From contig CAWJCZ010000005.1 of the NCBI GenBank assembly GCA_963841505.1, positions 245,333 to 309,332 of the forward strand: a stretch of 64,000 nt of DNA, given 5' to 3'. The notes under the pieces are model-generated. The model saw only the letters and a program-made list of their open reading frames with translations. It did not search any database and was not told the DNA's origin. The translations under genes and the position numbers were made by a program. Below, in pieces: positions 41,907 through 51,632 of the stretch. Each line of letters starts with the position of its first letter. The first letter of the stretch is position 1. Source of the stretch: an uncultured Gemmatimonadales bacterium. GTDB lineage: Bacteria > Gemmatimonadota > Gemmatimonadetes > Gemmatimonadales > GWC2-71-9.

Positions 41907-43273
41907 TGGGCACCTCGCCCGACCTGCTTCCGCGGATAGGGAATCATCTCCTTGACCTCCTGGATCGCCACGACCGGGAAGGTCCGGGCAAACAGGAGGA
42001 AGTACATCAGGAACCACCCGAAGGACCCGATCAGGATGCCCCAATCGGCCCAGCTGACCCGGGCGTTGGCCCAGGCGTAGGGAAGGAAGTCATTGCTGAG
42101 CGATGAGGAGATGATCACGAACCGTTCGAACCACATGCCGAGGTTGATGAACAGGGAGATCACGAACATCGCGGTGGTGTTGATCCGGATTTTCCGGAAC
42201 CAGAGCAGCTGGCTCACTCCGGCGTTGCAGAGGATCATGGTCCAGCCGGCCCACCACAGCGGACCGAACGCCCGCCGGAAAAAGCTGGTCTGCTCGTAGG
42301 CGTTGCCGCTGTACCACGCGACGAAATATTCCATCGCGTAGGCGTAGAACAGGATCGAGCCGGTGAGCAGGGTCAGCTTGCCGAGGTTGTCGAAGTGGTA
42401 CTCGGTCAGCATGTGCTCCAGCTTGAGCGCCTTGCGGAGCGGGATCAGGAGGGTGAGCACCATCCCGATGCCCGAATAGATGGCCCCCGCCACGAAGTAC
42501 GGCGCGAAGATGGTCCCGTGCCACCCGGGCACGATGGACATCGCGAAGTCCCAGGACACGACGGAATGGACCGAGAGCACCAGCGGCGTGGCCAGGGCCG
42601 CGAGGTACAGGTAGCCCCGGCCGTAGTGGCGCCACTGGCTGTTGGCGCCGGTCCAGCCCAGCGACAGCATCCCGTAGATCTGCTTGCGCCACCCGGTCAC
42701 CTTGTCGCGGATCGCCGCCACGTCGGGGATGAGCCCGACGATCAGGAAGGTCGTGGAAACGGTGAAGTAGGTGGTGATCGCGAAGACGTCCCACAACAGG
42801 GGCGACTTGAAGTTGGGCCAGAGGAACCGCTGGTTCGGATAGGGGAGCAGCCAGTAGAAAACCCACTGCCGGCCGATGTGGATGATCGGAAAGAGCGCCG
42901 CGGTCATGACCGCGAACACTGTCATCGCTTCGGTCGAGCGGTAGACCACGGTGCGCCAGGGCGAACGGAACAGGAAGAGAATCGCCGAGATCAGGGTGCC
43001 GGCGTGTCCGATACCGATCCAGAACACGAAGTTGGTGATGTAGACGTTCCACATCACCGGCGGCTGGTATCCCGCGAGGCCTAACCCGTTTTTGAGGAGC
43101 AGGACGAAAGTGACCGCGCCCACCAGGAACATCGCGACCGCGCCGAACAGGGCCATGTAGTAGCCCCGGCTGGGCGTCGCCAGCGTCCCGAGGACGTCCC
43201 GGGTGACCTCGGCATGGGTCTGGGTCGGGGTGTGGGGCTCCCGGTGCCGGGGCGTCTCGGCGACGGCCGTCAT
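41903..43273 (-). CDS. actC: ACIII NrfD/PsrC-like quinol-binding subunit
   Basis: FVFWIGIGHAGTLISA, H.GR.W, SPLLWDVFAI, PLVLSVHSVVSWDFA, GMWFERFVII. Confidence 0.95.
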   Translation of the reverse strand: MTAVAETPRHREPHTPTQTHAEVTRDVLGTLATPSRGYYMALFGAVAMFLVGAVTFVLLLKNGLGLAGYQPPVMWNVYITNFVFWIGIGHAGTLISAILFLFRSPWRTVVYRSTEAMTVFAVMTAALFPIIHIGRQWVFYWLLPYPNQRFLWPNFKSPLLWDVFAITTYFTVSTTFLIVGLIPDVAAIRDKVTGWRKQIYGMLSLGWTGANSQWRHYGRGYLYLAALATPLVLSVHSVVSWDFAMSIVPGWHGTIFAPYFVAGAIYSGIGMVLTLLIPLRKALKLEHMLTEYHFDNLGKLTLLTGSILFYAYAMEYFVAWYSGNAYEQTSFFRRAFGPLWWAGWTMILCNAGVSQLLWFRKIRINTTAMFVISLFINLGMWFERFVIISSSLSNDFLPYAWANARVSWADWGILIGSFGWFLMYFLLFARTFPVVAIQEVKEMIPYPRKQVGRGAH

Positions 43274-46200
43274 GGGTCCACCTTGGCGAGGTAGGTGATG
43301 CTCGACCGGGTATTCAGGTCTTCCAGCACCCGATAGCCGCGCCGATCCTGCTTGGCCTGGACCACCCGGCTCGACGGATCATTGACGTTGCCGAACTCGA
43401 TGGCGCCCGACGGACAGGCCTGCTGGCAGGCGGTCTGGATTTCTCCATCGGCGAGGCCCCGTCCTTCCATCCGGGCCTCGTGCTGGGCACCCCGGATCCG
43501 CTGGATGCAGAAGGTGCACTTCTCCATCACCCCGCGGGCCCGCACCGTGACGTCGGGATTGAGCTGGAGGTGGAGCGGCGCCTGGAAGGCGCGCTTGGCA
43601 AAGGGGAACCAGTTGAAGTACCGCACCTTGTAGGGGCAGTTGTTGCTGCAGTAGCGGGTCCCCACGCAGCGGTTGTAGACCTGGCCGTTGAGGCCATCCG
43701 GGGTGTGGTAGGCCGCATACACCGGACAGACCGGCTCGCAGGGTGCGTTGTCGCAGTGCTGGCACAGCATCGGGACGACCTGGGTCTTGAAGGGCTCGGC
43801 CGGATCGTCTCCGCCCTCGAAGTACCGCTCGATCCGGAGCCAGCTCATCTCCCGCCCGATCGCCACCTGGTCGCGGCCGACCCAGGGAATATTGTTCTCC
43901 GCATAACACGCAGTGACGCAGGCCGAGCATCCGGTACAGCGGGACAGATCGATGGCCATGCCCCAGCGGGGATGCTCCTCGGCGTAGGCGCCGTGCTTCC
44001 GCTTCTCCAGCACCGACTCGCGGAACCCGGCGATCGCCTCGACTTCGCGCTCCGGGTTGGCCTCGGGCTCGGCCTCGCCGAGCTGGCGCAGGGATTCCTC
44101 GAGGGTCATTCCCCGGGCCGCATCGGCGGCCGGCATCCGCATGGCGATATGGCGGCCCAGCTGGCGGGGGTTGCCTTCGGTCTTGGAGAGCTTGCGATAT
44201 CCCCGGGTCGTGGTGAGGGAGACTTTCACCGAGACATAGGGAAGGAACCCCTGACCATCGGCGCCGGAGAGCAGGTCGAGCGGATTCACCCCGAGGCCCC
44301 TGGCATACTGGCCGTACTCGGTGTGGCCGAGTCCGAGCGGCATCGCGACGGTATCGGGACGGATACCGGGATAGACGTACACCGGAACCTCGAGCATCCC
44401 GTGGGGAGAACGGACCTCGACGATTTCGCCCTCCCGCACGTCGAGCCGGCGGGCGGTCTCGGGATGGATCTCGACCCAGGAGTCCCAGGTGATCTTGGTC
44501 ACCGGATCGGGGTTTTCGAGCAGCCAAGGCTTGTTGGCGCCCCGGCCGTCATGGTACATCGAGCTGGGGACCGGGAGCAGAACGAATTCGCCGTCGCCGT
44601 CGAAGGCCGGAGCCGCCGTGGCGGCCGGGACCGCGGCGGCGGCGAGCCGCACCGCCGGCCCACTGCCCGCGGCAGAGGCGTCATCGAACAGCCCGCCGTG
44701 CTGGAGCGCCTCGCGCCAGAACTGGTCAGGATCGGCCCCGCGCGGCGCGAGCCCGGCCCACTGCTGCTTCAGGTGGGCTTCGTAGCTGGGCGCGGCGAAG
44801 GCCGGGTTAGGACCGAGCTTCTTCCCCACCGCGAGCAGGACGTCGCCGGTGGGCCGGGTGTCGAAGACCGGGGTCATCACCGGCTGCATGAGCCCGCGGA
44901 CCCCGTGGCGCGGGGTGGCGTCATCCCACCGCTCCAGGGCATGGTGCCCCGGCAGCAGCATGTCACAGCGCGCTGCGGTCTCGTCCAGAAACAGCGAGGT
45001 GCTCACCTTGAAGGGCACCTTCGCCATGGCTTCGGCGAATCCGGTCTTGGCCGGCAGCGAATACGCCGGGTTGGCCTCGTGCACCAGCAGCACCTGGATC
45101 TCTCCCGCGTTCATCCGGGCGATGAGCCGCTCCATCGCGCCGTAGTCGTCCCACGACGGGAGCCCGCCCCCGAACCGGACCGTCTGGCCCACGTTGCCGG
45201 CGACGTAGTTCAGGATCGCGACGGCGGCGCAGAGATCGACCGCGCCCCGGTGCTGAGACCCGACGCCCCCGGCCACCGCGAGGCTGGGCGAGGCCGAAAC
45301 GAACTCCCGCGCCAGCTTCCGGACCAGGTCCGGCGTCAGGCTGGTTTCGGTGGCCACCCGCTCGGGGGTGTAGGCGGCCAGCGCGGCGCGGAACCCGAGG
45401 GCATCCTGGGGAACCGTGCTCCGCTCCGAGAGGATCACGTTCGCCATCCCGAGCGCCAGCATGGTCTCGGTGCCGGGAACCACCGGATGCCACTCGTCGG
45501 CATTCATCCCGGTGAGATCCATCCGGGGCCCGACGAAGACATGGCGTGCCATCCCGCCGTTGTTCCAGCCGTGGGACTGGGCGAATCCGCGCTGATTCTC
45601 GACAACCGAGCCCCAGGTTTCCAGGAAATCGGCGCCGAGCGAGAGGATGTAGCGGGCCCGGCCGAAGTCATACACCGGCAGCTCATCCAGACCGAACGCC
45701 CGCCGATACCCCATCCGCTCCGCCGCCCGGTCGAACGCCTGGTACCGAAGCATCGTGCCGCCCACCGATTCGGTCAGCGTGGCAAGGAGGGAATCGAAGG
45801 TTCCCGACCCGGCGCCGCTGATGACCGCTACGGCGCCGCGGTGCTGGCGGAGCTGTTCAGCGAGCCGGTCGATGCCTTCGTTCCAGAGAATGCCCTGGAG
45901 ATCGCTCCCGATCCGCTGGCGCGGCGCCGGGATGCGATCCGGGTTATACAGTCCCTGGAGGGCCGCCTGGCCCCGCTGACAGAGCTTCCCGGCGTTGACA
46001 GGGTGCTCCGGATTTCCCTCGAGCTTGATGGCGCGGGCTTCCCGGGTCTTGACGTGGATGCCGCACCCCGCGGAGCACTCGGTGCAGGTCGAGGCGTACC
46101 AGGTCGGAATGCCCGGGACCTGTTCTTCGGACTGGACCAGGTAGGGCACCAGCTTCTCGATCCGGCCGGTGTCGCACCCGGACAGAGCCGCGGTACCCGC

Positions 46201-46332
46201 CGTGGTAACCCCAAGCACCTGGAGAAACCGCCGACGATCGAACGATTCCCGGGCCTCGGGAGCGAGAGGAGCGCTCACCGCCGCGGCGGCTTCTCGCTCA
46301 TCGCCCCCCTGCCGATCCCTCTCACGTGTCAC
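43270..46332 (-). CDS. actB: ACIII subunit B (molybdopterin-oxidoreductase fold fused to Fe-S domain)
   Basis: DRRRFL Tat motif and LSGC; CTGCSACVTAC, CQHC..APC..VCP, CVGTRYCSNNCP, RGVMEKCTFC, ACQQACP. True start may be ATG 46301 (after AGGGGG) with a 1-nt deletion. Confidence 0.93.
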   Translation of the reverse strand: MTRERDRQGGDEREAAAAVSAPLAPEARESFDRRRFLQVLGVTTAGTAALSGCDTGRIEKLVPYLVQSEEQVPGIPTWYASTCTECSAGCGIHVKTREARAIKLEGNPEHPVNAGKLCQRGQAALQGLYNPDRIPAPRQRIGSDLQGILWNEGIDRLAEQLRQHRGAVAVISGAGSGTFDSLLATLTESVGGTMLRYQAFDRAAERMGYRRAFGLDELPVYDFGRARYILSLGADFLETWGSVVENQRGFAQSHGWNNGGMARHVFVGPRMDLTGMNADEWHPVVPGTETMLALGMANVILSERSTVPQDALGFRAALAAYTPERVATETSLTPDLVRKLAREFVSASPSLAVAGGVGSQHRGAVDLCAAVAILNYVAGNVGQTVRFGGGLPSWDDYGAMERLIARMNAGEIQVLLVHEANPAYSLPAKTGFAEAMAKVPFKVSTSLFLDETAARCDMLLPGHHALERWDDATPRHGVRGLMQPVMTPVFDTRPTGDVLLAVGKKLGPNPAFAAPSYEAHLKQQWAGLAPRGADPDQFWREALQHGGLFDDASAAGSGPAVRLAAAAVPAATAAPAFDGDGEFVLLPVPSSMYHDGRGANKPWLLENPDPVTKITWDSWVEIHPETARRLDVREGEIVEVRSPHGMLEVPVYVYPGIRPDTVAMPLGLGHTEYGQYARGLGVNPLDLLSGADGQGFLPYVSVKVSLTTTRGYRKLSKTEGNPRQLGRHIAMRMPAADAARGMTLEESLRQLGEAEPEANPEREVEAIAGFRESVLEKRKHGAYAEEHPRWGMAIDLSRCTGCSACVTACYAENNIPWVGRDQVAIGREMSWLRIERYFEGGDDPAEPFKTQVVPMLCQHCDNAPCEPVCPVYAAYHTPDGLNGQVYNRCVGTRYCSNNCPYKVRYFNWFPFAKRAFQAPLHLQLNPDVTVRARGVMEKCTFCIQRIRGAQHEARMEGRGLADGEIQTACQQACPSGAIEFGNVNDPSSRVVQAKQDRRGYRVLEDLNTRSSITYLAKVDP

Positions 46333-46348
46333 CTCTGACCTCTCACCG
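46321..46348 (-). repeat. Degenerate AGGTGAG heptamer x4 right after the actA stop
   Basis: Minus strand cggtgag-aggtcag-aggtgac-acgtgag. Confidence 0.7.
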
Positions 46349-46963
46349 TTAGTAGTGGCATGCGGTGCAGTCCCGGTTCACGTTGCGTTGCAGGTGGCAG
46401 GTGATGCAGAAGCCCATGTTGGTCACGGTATTCACCCGGAACACCTGCGGCATCCGGGCGATGTCGCCGTGACAGGTCTGGCACGCGTTCACGCCGAGCA
46501 CCTTGATGTGTCGCATGTGAGGGAAGTGGGCGAATCGGGCCAGCGCGTGGATCCGGACCCATTCGAGCCGCGGGGCCTGGGTGTTGGCGCTGTCGCTCCA
46601 GAACTGGCGCAGCTTCTGGATCTCTTTCCGGTCGGTGCTGTCGGTTCCCGAAATCACCGCGTGGCACCCCATACAGGTCTGAACCGACGGGATGCCAGGC
46701 TCGGTGGAAGCGTCGACCGAGTAGTGGCAATACTGGCAGGGGATCTTGAACTGTCCCGCATGGATGTCGTGGCGAAAGAAAATCGGCTGGCGGGGTCCCT
46801 TGAGCATGCCGGAATCGGCCGTGGTGAGCTTCGGCGCGAGAACCGAATCAGGCCGCGCCGGCGCGGCAGGCTGCTGTTGGGCGGTGGATCGACGAAGCGA
46901 TGGCACGAGCAGGACCAGGGCGGCCAGGCTCGTAATCCCTCCGGCGACTACCAGCTTCCGCAT
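46349..46963 (-). CDS. actA: ACIII pentaheme cytochrome c
   Basis: Five CxxCH (CQYCH, CMGCH, CQTCH, CITCH, CTACH), N-terminal TM, QPI.F.H..HAG. Confidence 0.93.
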   Translation of the reverse strand: MRKLVVAGGITSLAALVLLVPSLRRSTAQQQPAAPARPDSVLAPKLTTADSGMLKGPRQPIFFRHDIHAGQFKIPCQYCHYSVDASTEPGIPSVQTCMGCHAVISGTDSTDRKEIQKLRQFWSDSANTQAPRLEWVRIHALARFAHFPHMRHIKVLGVNACQTCHGDIARMPQVFRVNTVTNMGFCITCHLQRNVNRDCTACHY

Positions 46964-47042
46964 GCGTAAGTTCCGGAGCAAGAAGGAGAAAGGGACGAGC
47001 GAAAATATACGGAACGCAGGGTGGGTGGAAGTAGCGGACCGC

Positions 47043-47897
47043 TCATTCCCTCCCCACGTCACGCAGGTGCTCGGGAAGCTCGAAGGGGGTTTCCTTGCGC
47101 TCCAGGTACCGCACCGTCTCCAGGGCCATCGCGCGAAGCAGCGAGGCCTCTCGCCAGTCCAGGTCGGCGCGGAAGAAGGCCTCCCGAACCGATCGCATCA
47201 CGATGTCGGGCTGCCGGGTCTTGAAGAATTCGATCGCCCAGAGGCTCCGTTCCCAATCCCGAAACAAAAGTTCGAGTTTCGCCGCGGGTGCCCGGGGAGC
47301 GGCTCGGCGGGGCGGCTTGAGGGCGCCGGCTTCCCCGCCCCAGGCGAGCCACGTCTCGTAGACCATGATCCCGACCGCCTGCGCCAGGTTGAGCGAGCGA
47401 TGGTCGGGCGCGGTGGGAATGGTGACCAGGGCGTGACAGCGGTCCAGCTCGTCGTTGGTGAGCCCGCTGTCCTCCCGCCCCGCGACGATGGCCACCGGGC
47501 CGTCGGCGGAGCGTTCCAGGAGCTCGGCGGCCGCTGCCCGGGGCCTCAAGGTCTGTCGCTTGGCGGTGCGTTCCCGGGCGGTGAGCCCGGCGATGAACAC
47601 GCAATCGGTGCTGGCGTCCTCGAGCGAATCGTGGACCGTGATGCGGGAGACGAAGTCCGCCGTGTTATGGGCGATCCCTTCGATCCGCCAGGGATCGAAG
47701 ATCCGGGGGTCGACCAGCCGCATGGTCGCGAGACCGAAATTGCGGGCCAACCGCACCGCCCCGGCAATATTGACGATATCCTGGGTCCCAACGAGTACGA
47801 GAACAGGCGGTCGGGCGGACGCGCGGAAGGGCCGACCGGTCGGCGTGGCCTCTTCCTGTCCGTCTGTCCGCCTGTCCGACTGTCCGTCCGTAGTCAC
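47043..47897 (-). CDS. TrmH/TrmJ family SPOUT RNA methyltransferase
   Basis: NIAGAVRLARNFG, GREDSGLTNDEL, SLNLAQAV; N-terminal 30 aa come from octamer repeats. Confidence 0.9.
   Translation of the reverse strand: MTTDGQSDRRTDGQEEATPTGRPFRASARPPVLVLVGTQDIVNIAGAVRLARNFGLATMRLVDPRIFDPWRIEGIAHNTADFVSRITVHDSLEDASTDCVFIAGLTARERTAKRQTLRPRAAAAELLERSADGPVAIVAGREDSGLTNDELDRCHALVTIPTAPDHRSLNLAQAVGIMVYETWLAWGGEAGALKPPRRAAPRAPAAKLELLFRDWERSLWAIEFFKTRQPDIVMRSVREAFFRADLDWREASLLRAMALETVRYLERKETPFELPEHLRDVGRE
47856..47887 (-). repeat. Octamer tandem repeat (NCGGACAG) x4
   Basis: Plus strand ctgtccgt-ctgtccgc-ctgtccga-ctgtccgt, just after the upstream gene's stop on the coding strand. Confidence 0.8.
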
Positions 47898-48782
47898 CCC
47901 CGGATTTCCACCCCGGTACGGCGTTCCTGAGCCCGAATCGGCTCCAGGTAGTCGGCCGATTCCCCGAGCTCCAGACGGGCCCGATGCAGCACCTCGGCGG
48001 CCCGTTCCAGGACCGGCGCCGGAATGCCCAGCTCGGCGAGCTGTCCGAGACAGATACCCACATCCTTGTCGAGCAAGGCAAGCCGGAAGGTCACCGGCCA
48101 GGTCCCGGTGAGCACCCGCTCGGGGATCAAGCTCTCACTCACGAAGGACCGCCCGCTCGAGGCATTGAGGGTCTCCACCGCGACGCGCGAGGGCACTCCG
48201 GCCTTCGCGAGTCCGGTGAGTCCTTCCGCCAGCGCGAGGATATTCACGGCGAGCAGGGTGTTGTTCAGGGCTTTCATCGCGTCGCCGGAACCCAGGGGCC
48301 CCAGGTGAACGATCCGCTTGCCGAACGCTTCCAGGAGGGGGAGGGCCCGCTGCGAACACCCGCGGCTCCCCGCCGACCATCACCGTGAGCACACCAGCCG
48401 CCGCTCCATTGGTGCCGCCGCTCACCGGGGCATCCGCGAAGTCCACGCCCCGCGTCGCGAGCCGCTCCGCAATCCGGCGGGTGGTGGTGGCATCGCCCGA
48501 GGTACAATCGAGGAAAAGCGCCCCCTTGCCGAGACCCGACTCAAGGCCGTCGGGCCCATCGAGCAGTCGCTCCACATCGGCGGAGGTGGGAAGACAGGTG
48601 ATGACCGCCTCGGCGCCCTTCGCCGCCTCGCGGGGCGTGGCGGCGACCCGAGCCGGGTGCTCCGCGGCAAACGCGCGGGCTCGTTCGGCGGTACGGTTCC
48701 AGACGGTGAGATCGTGGCGGGCGGCGACGCGCGCCGCCATGGGCGTTCCAATGGCGCCCAGGCCGAGAAAGGAAACGCGCAT
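47894..48782 (-). CDS. 3-hydroxyisobutyrate dehydrogenase-family NAD(P) oxidoreductase (frameshift at about 48352)
   Basis: FLGLGAIGTPMA, WNRT, DAPVSGG, TVMVGG, then G.G.AMKALNN, F...LLDKD in the adjacent frame. Confidence 0.9.
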
Positions 48783-48798
48783 GGTAGAATATACCGCC

Positions 48799-49593
48799 AT
48801 GAATCGACGCGGCGTTCCGTCTCCCGGTGCGGTGGTGGTCTGGATTCTCGCCGCGATCCTGGTCCTGTTCGTCGCGGGGCCGCTGGCGCGGCTGCTCCTG
48901 CAGTCGAGCCCGGCAAGCCTGCTCTCGGCCCTGGGCGATCGCGAGCTGGTCCAATCGATCTGGCTCACCGTGCTGACCGCGACGGCGGCCGCGCTCCTCT
49001 CGCTCGGTCTCGGTGTTCCGCTCGCATATCTGCTCGCCCGCCGCCGATTCCCCGGCTCGCGGGTCCTTGCCGGCATCGTCGAACTTCCCGTGGTGGTTCC
49101 CCACCCGGTCGCGGGGATCGCCCTCCTCCTGTTCCTGGGGAGGCAATCGCCGCTCGGCTCGGTGCTCGCCCGGATCGGCCTCGACGTGGTCAATCACGTT
49201 CCCGGCATCGTCGCGGGGATGCTGTTCGTGTCGGCGCCCATCGTGGTAAGTGCGGCGCGGGAATCTTTCCGGAGCATCGATCCCAAGCTGGAGCGGGTCG
49301 CTCGGACCCTGGGGGACACCGGATGGAAAGCGTTTCGCCACGTGACCCTTCCGCTCGCGGGACGCGGGGTCCTGGCCGGCGCGGTGCTCGGGTGGGCCCG
49401 GAGCATCAGCGAGTTCGGCTCGATCGTGATCCTCACCTACAATCCCAAGGTCGCCAGTGTGCTCATCTACGACCGGTTCACCCTGTTCGGGTTGCCGGCG
49501 GCGGTCCCGGCAGCCGCGGTGCTTCTGCTCCTCGCGCTTCTGATCTTCCTGGTGGTCCAGTTTCTCGCGCCGGGGCGGGAACACCGCTCGTGA
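48799..49593 (+). CDS. Molybdate/tungstate ABC transporter permease (ModB/WtpB-like)
   Basis: GVPLAYLLAR..FPG, LPVVVPHPVAGIALL, ARTLG, WARSISEFG. Confidence 0.85.
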   Translation: MNRRGVPSPGAVVVWILAAILVLFVAGPLARLLLQSSPASLLSALGDRELVQSIWLTVLTATAAALLSLGLGVPLAYLLARRRFPGSRVLAGIVELPVVVPHPVAGIALLLFLGRQSPLGSVLARIGLDVVNHVPGIVAGMLFVSAPIVVSAARESFRSIDPKLERVARTLGDTGWKAFRHVTLPLAGRGVLAGAVLGWARSISEFGSIVILTYNPKVASVLIYDRFTLFGLPAAVPAAAVLLLLALLIFLVVQFLAPGREHRS

Positions 49594-50657
49594 TCCGACT
49601 CGACAACGTCTCGGTGATGCGGGGACGGTTCGCGCTCACCGGCATCACGCTCGAGGTCCCGGCGGGCGGGTACGGCCTGATCATCGGACCGACCGGCTCG
49701 GGCAAGACCACCCTGCTCGAGGCGATCGCGGGACATTCGCCGTTGCAGGGCGGGCGGATCCTGCTCCGCAAGGAGGACGTGACCTACCGCCCGCCGGAGC
49801 ACCGGCGCATCGGCTTTGTCTATCAGCAGTACCACCTGTTCCCCCACCTGTCGGTGGCCGAGAACATCGGGTACGGGCTCCGGGGAGATTCACCACAGGT
49901 CCGCGCCGAACGGGTGCGGGAGCTGGCCGGGCTGCTCGGCGTCTCCGGTCTCCTGGACCGCGGGGTCCACGGGCTGTCCGGGGGAGAGCAGCAACGCATT
50001 GCCCTGGCCCGGGCGCTCGCGCCCCGCCCCTCGATCCTGCTCCTCGATGAGCCGTTCGCGGCAGTGGATCCGGCCACCCGCCGCGGGTTACGGCGCGAGC
50101 TCCGCGCCCTGCACGAGCGGGAGCACATCACCACGCTCCAGGTCACCCACGACTTCGAGGACGCCATGCGGCTGGGGGACGTGGTCGCGGTGCTGGCAGA
50201 AGGCACCGTGGCCCAGTCGGGAACCCCGGAGCAGGTCTTCCGGTTCCCGAACTCCCGGTTCGTCGCCGAGTTCATCGGCACCGGCACCGTGTTACGAGGC
50301 GTGGTGACGCGGCAGTCCGCGCCGGATCCGGGCTCCGGCCGCTTCGCCGCCCGGTTCCAGTGCGACAACCTGGCGCTCGATGTGGTCGCCGAGCGCGAGG
50401 GTGAGGCCTTCGCGGTGCTCCGTCCCGCCGACCTCAGTCTGAGCCTGACTCCGATCGAAGGTCCGGCCCCCCGGAACCGGTTTCTCGCGACGGTCACCCG
50501 GGTCGAGCGGGAAACCGCCGTGGCGCTGGTTCACCTCGACGCCGGAGGCATCGCGCTGGTGGCCGCGGTCATGACGGTGACCGCCGACCAGATGGCGCTT
50601 GGGCCCGGCCTGACGGTGAGCGTCGCCGTCAAAGCAACCGCGATTCATCTCATCTGA
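49590..50657 (+). CDS. Molybdate/tungstate ABC ATPase with TOBE domain (ModC/WtpC-like)
   Basis: GPTGSGKT, LSGGEQQR, LLLDEP; C-terminal TOBE (L..G..V..AVKATAIH); GTGA overlap. No binding-protein gene adjacent. Confidence 0.88.
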   Translation: MIRLDNVSVMRGRFALTGITLEVPAGGYGLIIGPTGSGKTTLLEAIAGHSPLQGGRILLRKEDVTYRPPEHRRIGFVYQQYHLFPHLSVAENIGYGLRGDSPQVRAERVRELAGLLGVSGLLDRGVHGLSGGEQQRIALARALAPRPSILLLDEPFAAVDPATRRGLRRELRALHEREHITTLQVTHDFEDAMRLGDVVAVLAEGTVAQSGTPEQVFRFPNSRFVAEFIGTGTVLRGVVTRQSAPDPGSGRFAARFQCDNLALDVVAEREGEAFAVLRPADLSLSLTPIEGPAPRNRFLATVTRVERETAVALVHLDAGGIALVAAVMTVTADQMALGPGLTVSVAVKATAIHLI

Positions 50658-50711
50658 GACCGCACCACCGCCCGTTATACTTGAGCCTCCTCCGCCGGAG
50701 GGAAGCCCCGA

Positions 50712-51632
50712 GTGAGTGCCGTGGTCCTGTGCGAGTGCTTTGCCCGCGACGGGCTCCAGCACGAGGCGCAATTCGTCCCGACCGACCAGAAGCGGACGCT
50801 GCTGGAGTCGTTCCTCGGGCTCGGTTTTCGGCGCATCGAGGCCACGTCGTACGCCAATCCCCAGGTCATCCCCCAGTTTCGAGATGCCACCGACGTGCTG
50901 CGAGGATTGCCGCGGCGGCCCGGCGTCGCCTGGATTGCCACCTGCCCGAACCCGCGGGGGGTCGAGCGCGCGGTGGCCGATCGGGCCGGCGGCGCGGGAG
51001 TGGACGAGCTGAGCCTGCTGGTCTCGGCAACCGATGCTCATTCCGAGCGCAATCTCAAGCGAGACCGGAAGGCCCAGTGGGACAATGTGGAAGCCATGGT
51101 GGCGGCCGCCTCGGGAGCGTTCGGGCTCGGCGGGGTCATCTCGGTGGCGTTCGGATGCCCATTCGAAGGCGCGGTCGATCCGGCGGTGGTCCACCAGGAC
51201 ATCGAGCGGTTCGCGGCACTCGGAATCACCCGGGTTACGCTCGCCGATACGGTGGGAATGGCTACCCCGGTCACCACCCGCGCGATGTTCCAGCGAGTCA
51301 TCCGCGACTACCCCGACATCACGTTCGTGGCCCACGCGCACGACACCCGGGGAACCGGGCTGGTGAATTACGTCGCGGCGCTCGAATCGGGTATCGTGAA
51401 CTTCGATTCGTCCTTCGGCGGTGCCGGGGGTCACCCCGCCACGATTCAGTACGGCGGGGGATACACCGGCAACGTGGTCACCGAAGACTGGATCGATCTG
51501 CTGGAGAGCATGGGGGTTGCGACCGGCATCGATCTCGAGCGCCTCATTCCAGTAGCCCGGGCCTGTGAAACCCTGCTTGGGCGTGAGCTGTTCGGTCGGG
51601 TGACGAGGAGCGGTCTCAACCCCTCGGCCTAG
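50712..51632 (+). CDS. Hydroxymethylglutaryl-CoA lyase family protein
   Basis: RDGLQ, AFGCPFEG, LADTVG, HAHDTRG, GNV.TED; TATACT and GGAGG upstream. Confidence 0.9.
   Translation: MSAVVLCECFARDGLQHEAQFVPTDQKRTLLESFLGLGFRRIEATSYANPQVIPQFRDATDVLRGLPRRPGVAWIATCPNPRGVERAVADRAGGAGVDELSLLVSATDAHSERNLKRDRKAQWDNVEAMVAAASGAFGLGGVISVAFGCPFEGAVDPAVVHQDIERFAALGITRVTLADTVGMATPVTTRAMFQRVIRDYPDITFVAHAHDTRGTGLVNYVAALESGIVNFDSSFGGAGGHPATIQYGGGYTGNVVTEDWIDLLESMGVATGIDLERLIPVARACETLLGRELFGRVTRSGLNPSA

Noticed and set aside
43480-46338. 952-aa plus-strand ORF opposite actB, and other long antisense ORFs (8417-10333, 10951-12543, 20685-22829)
   Set aside because: Shadow ORFs typical of high-GC codon bias; no motifs, and the opposite strand encodes well-recognised proteins.
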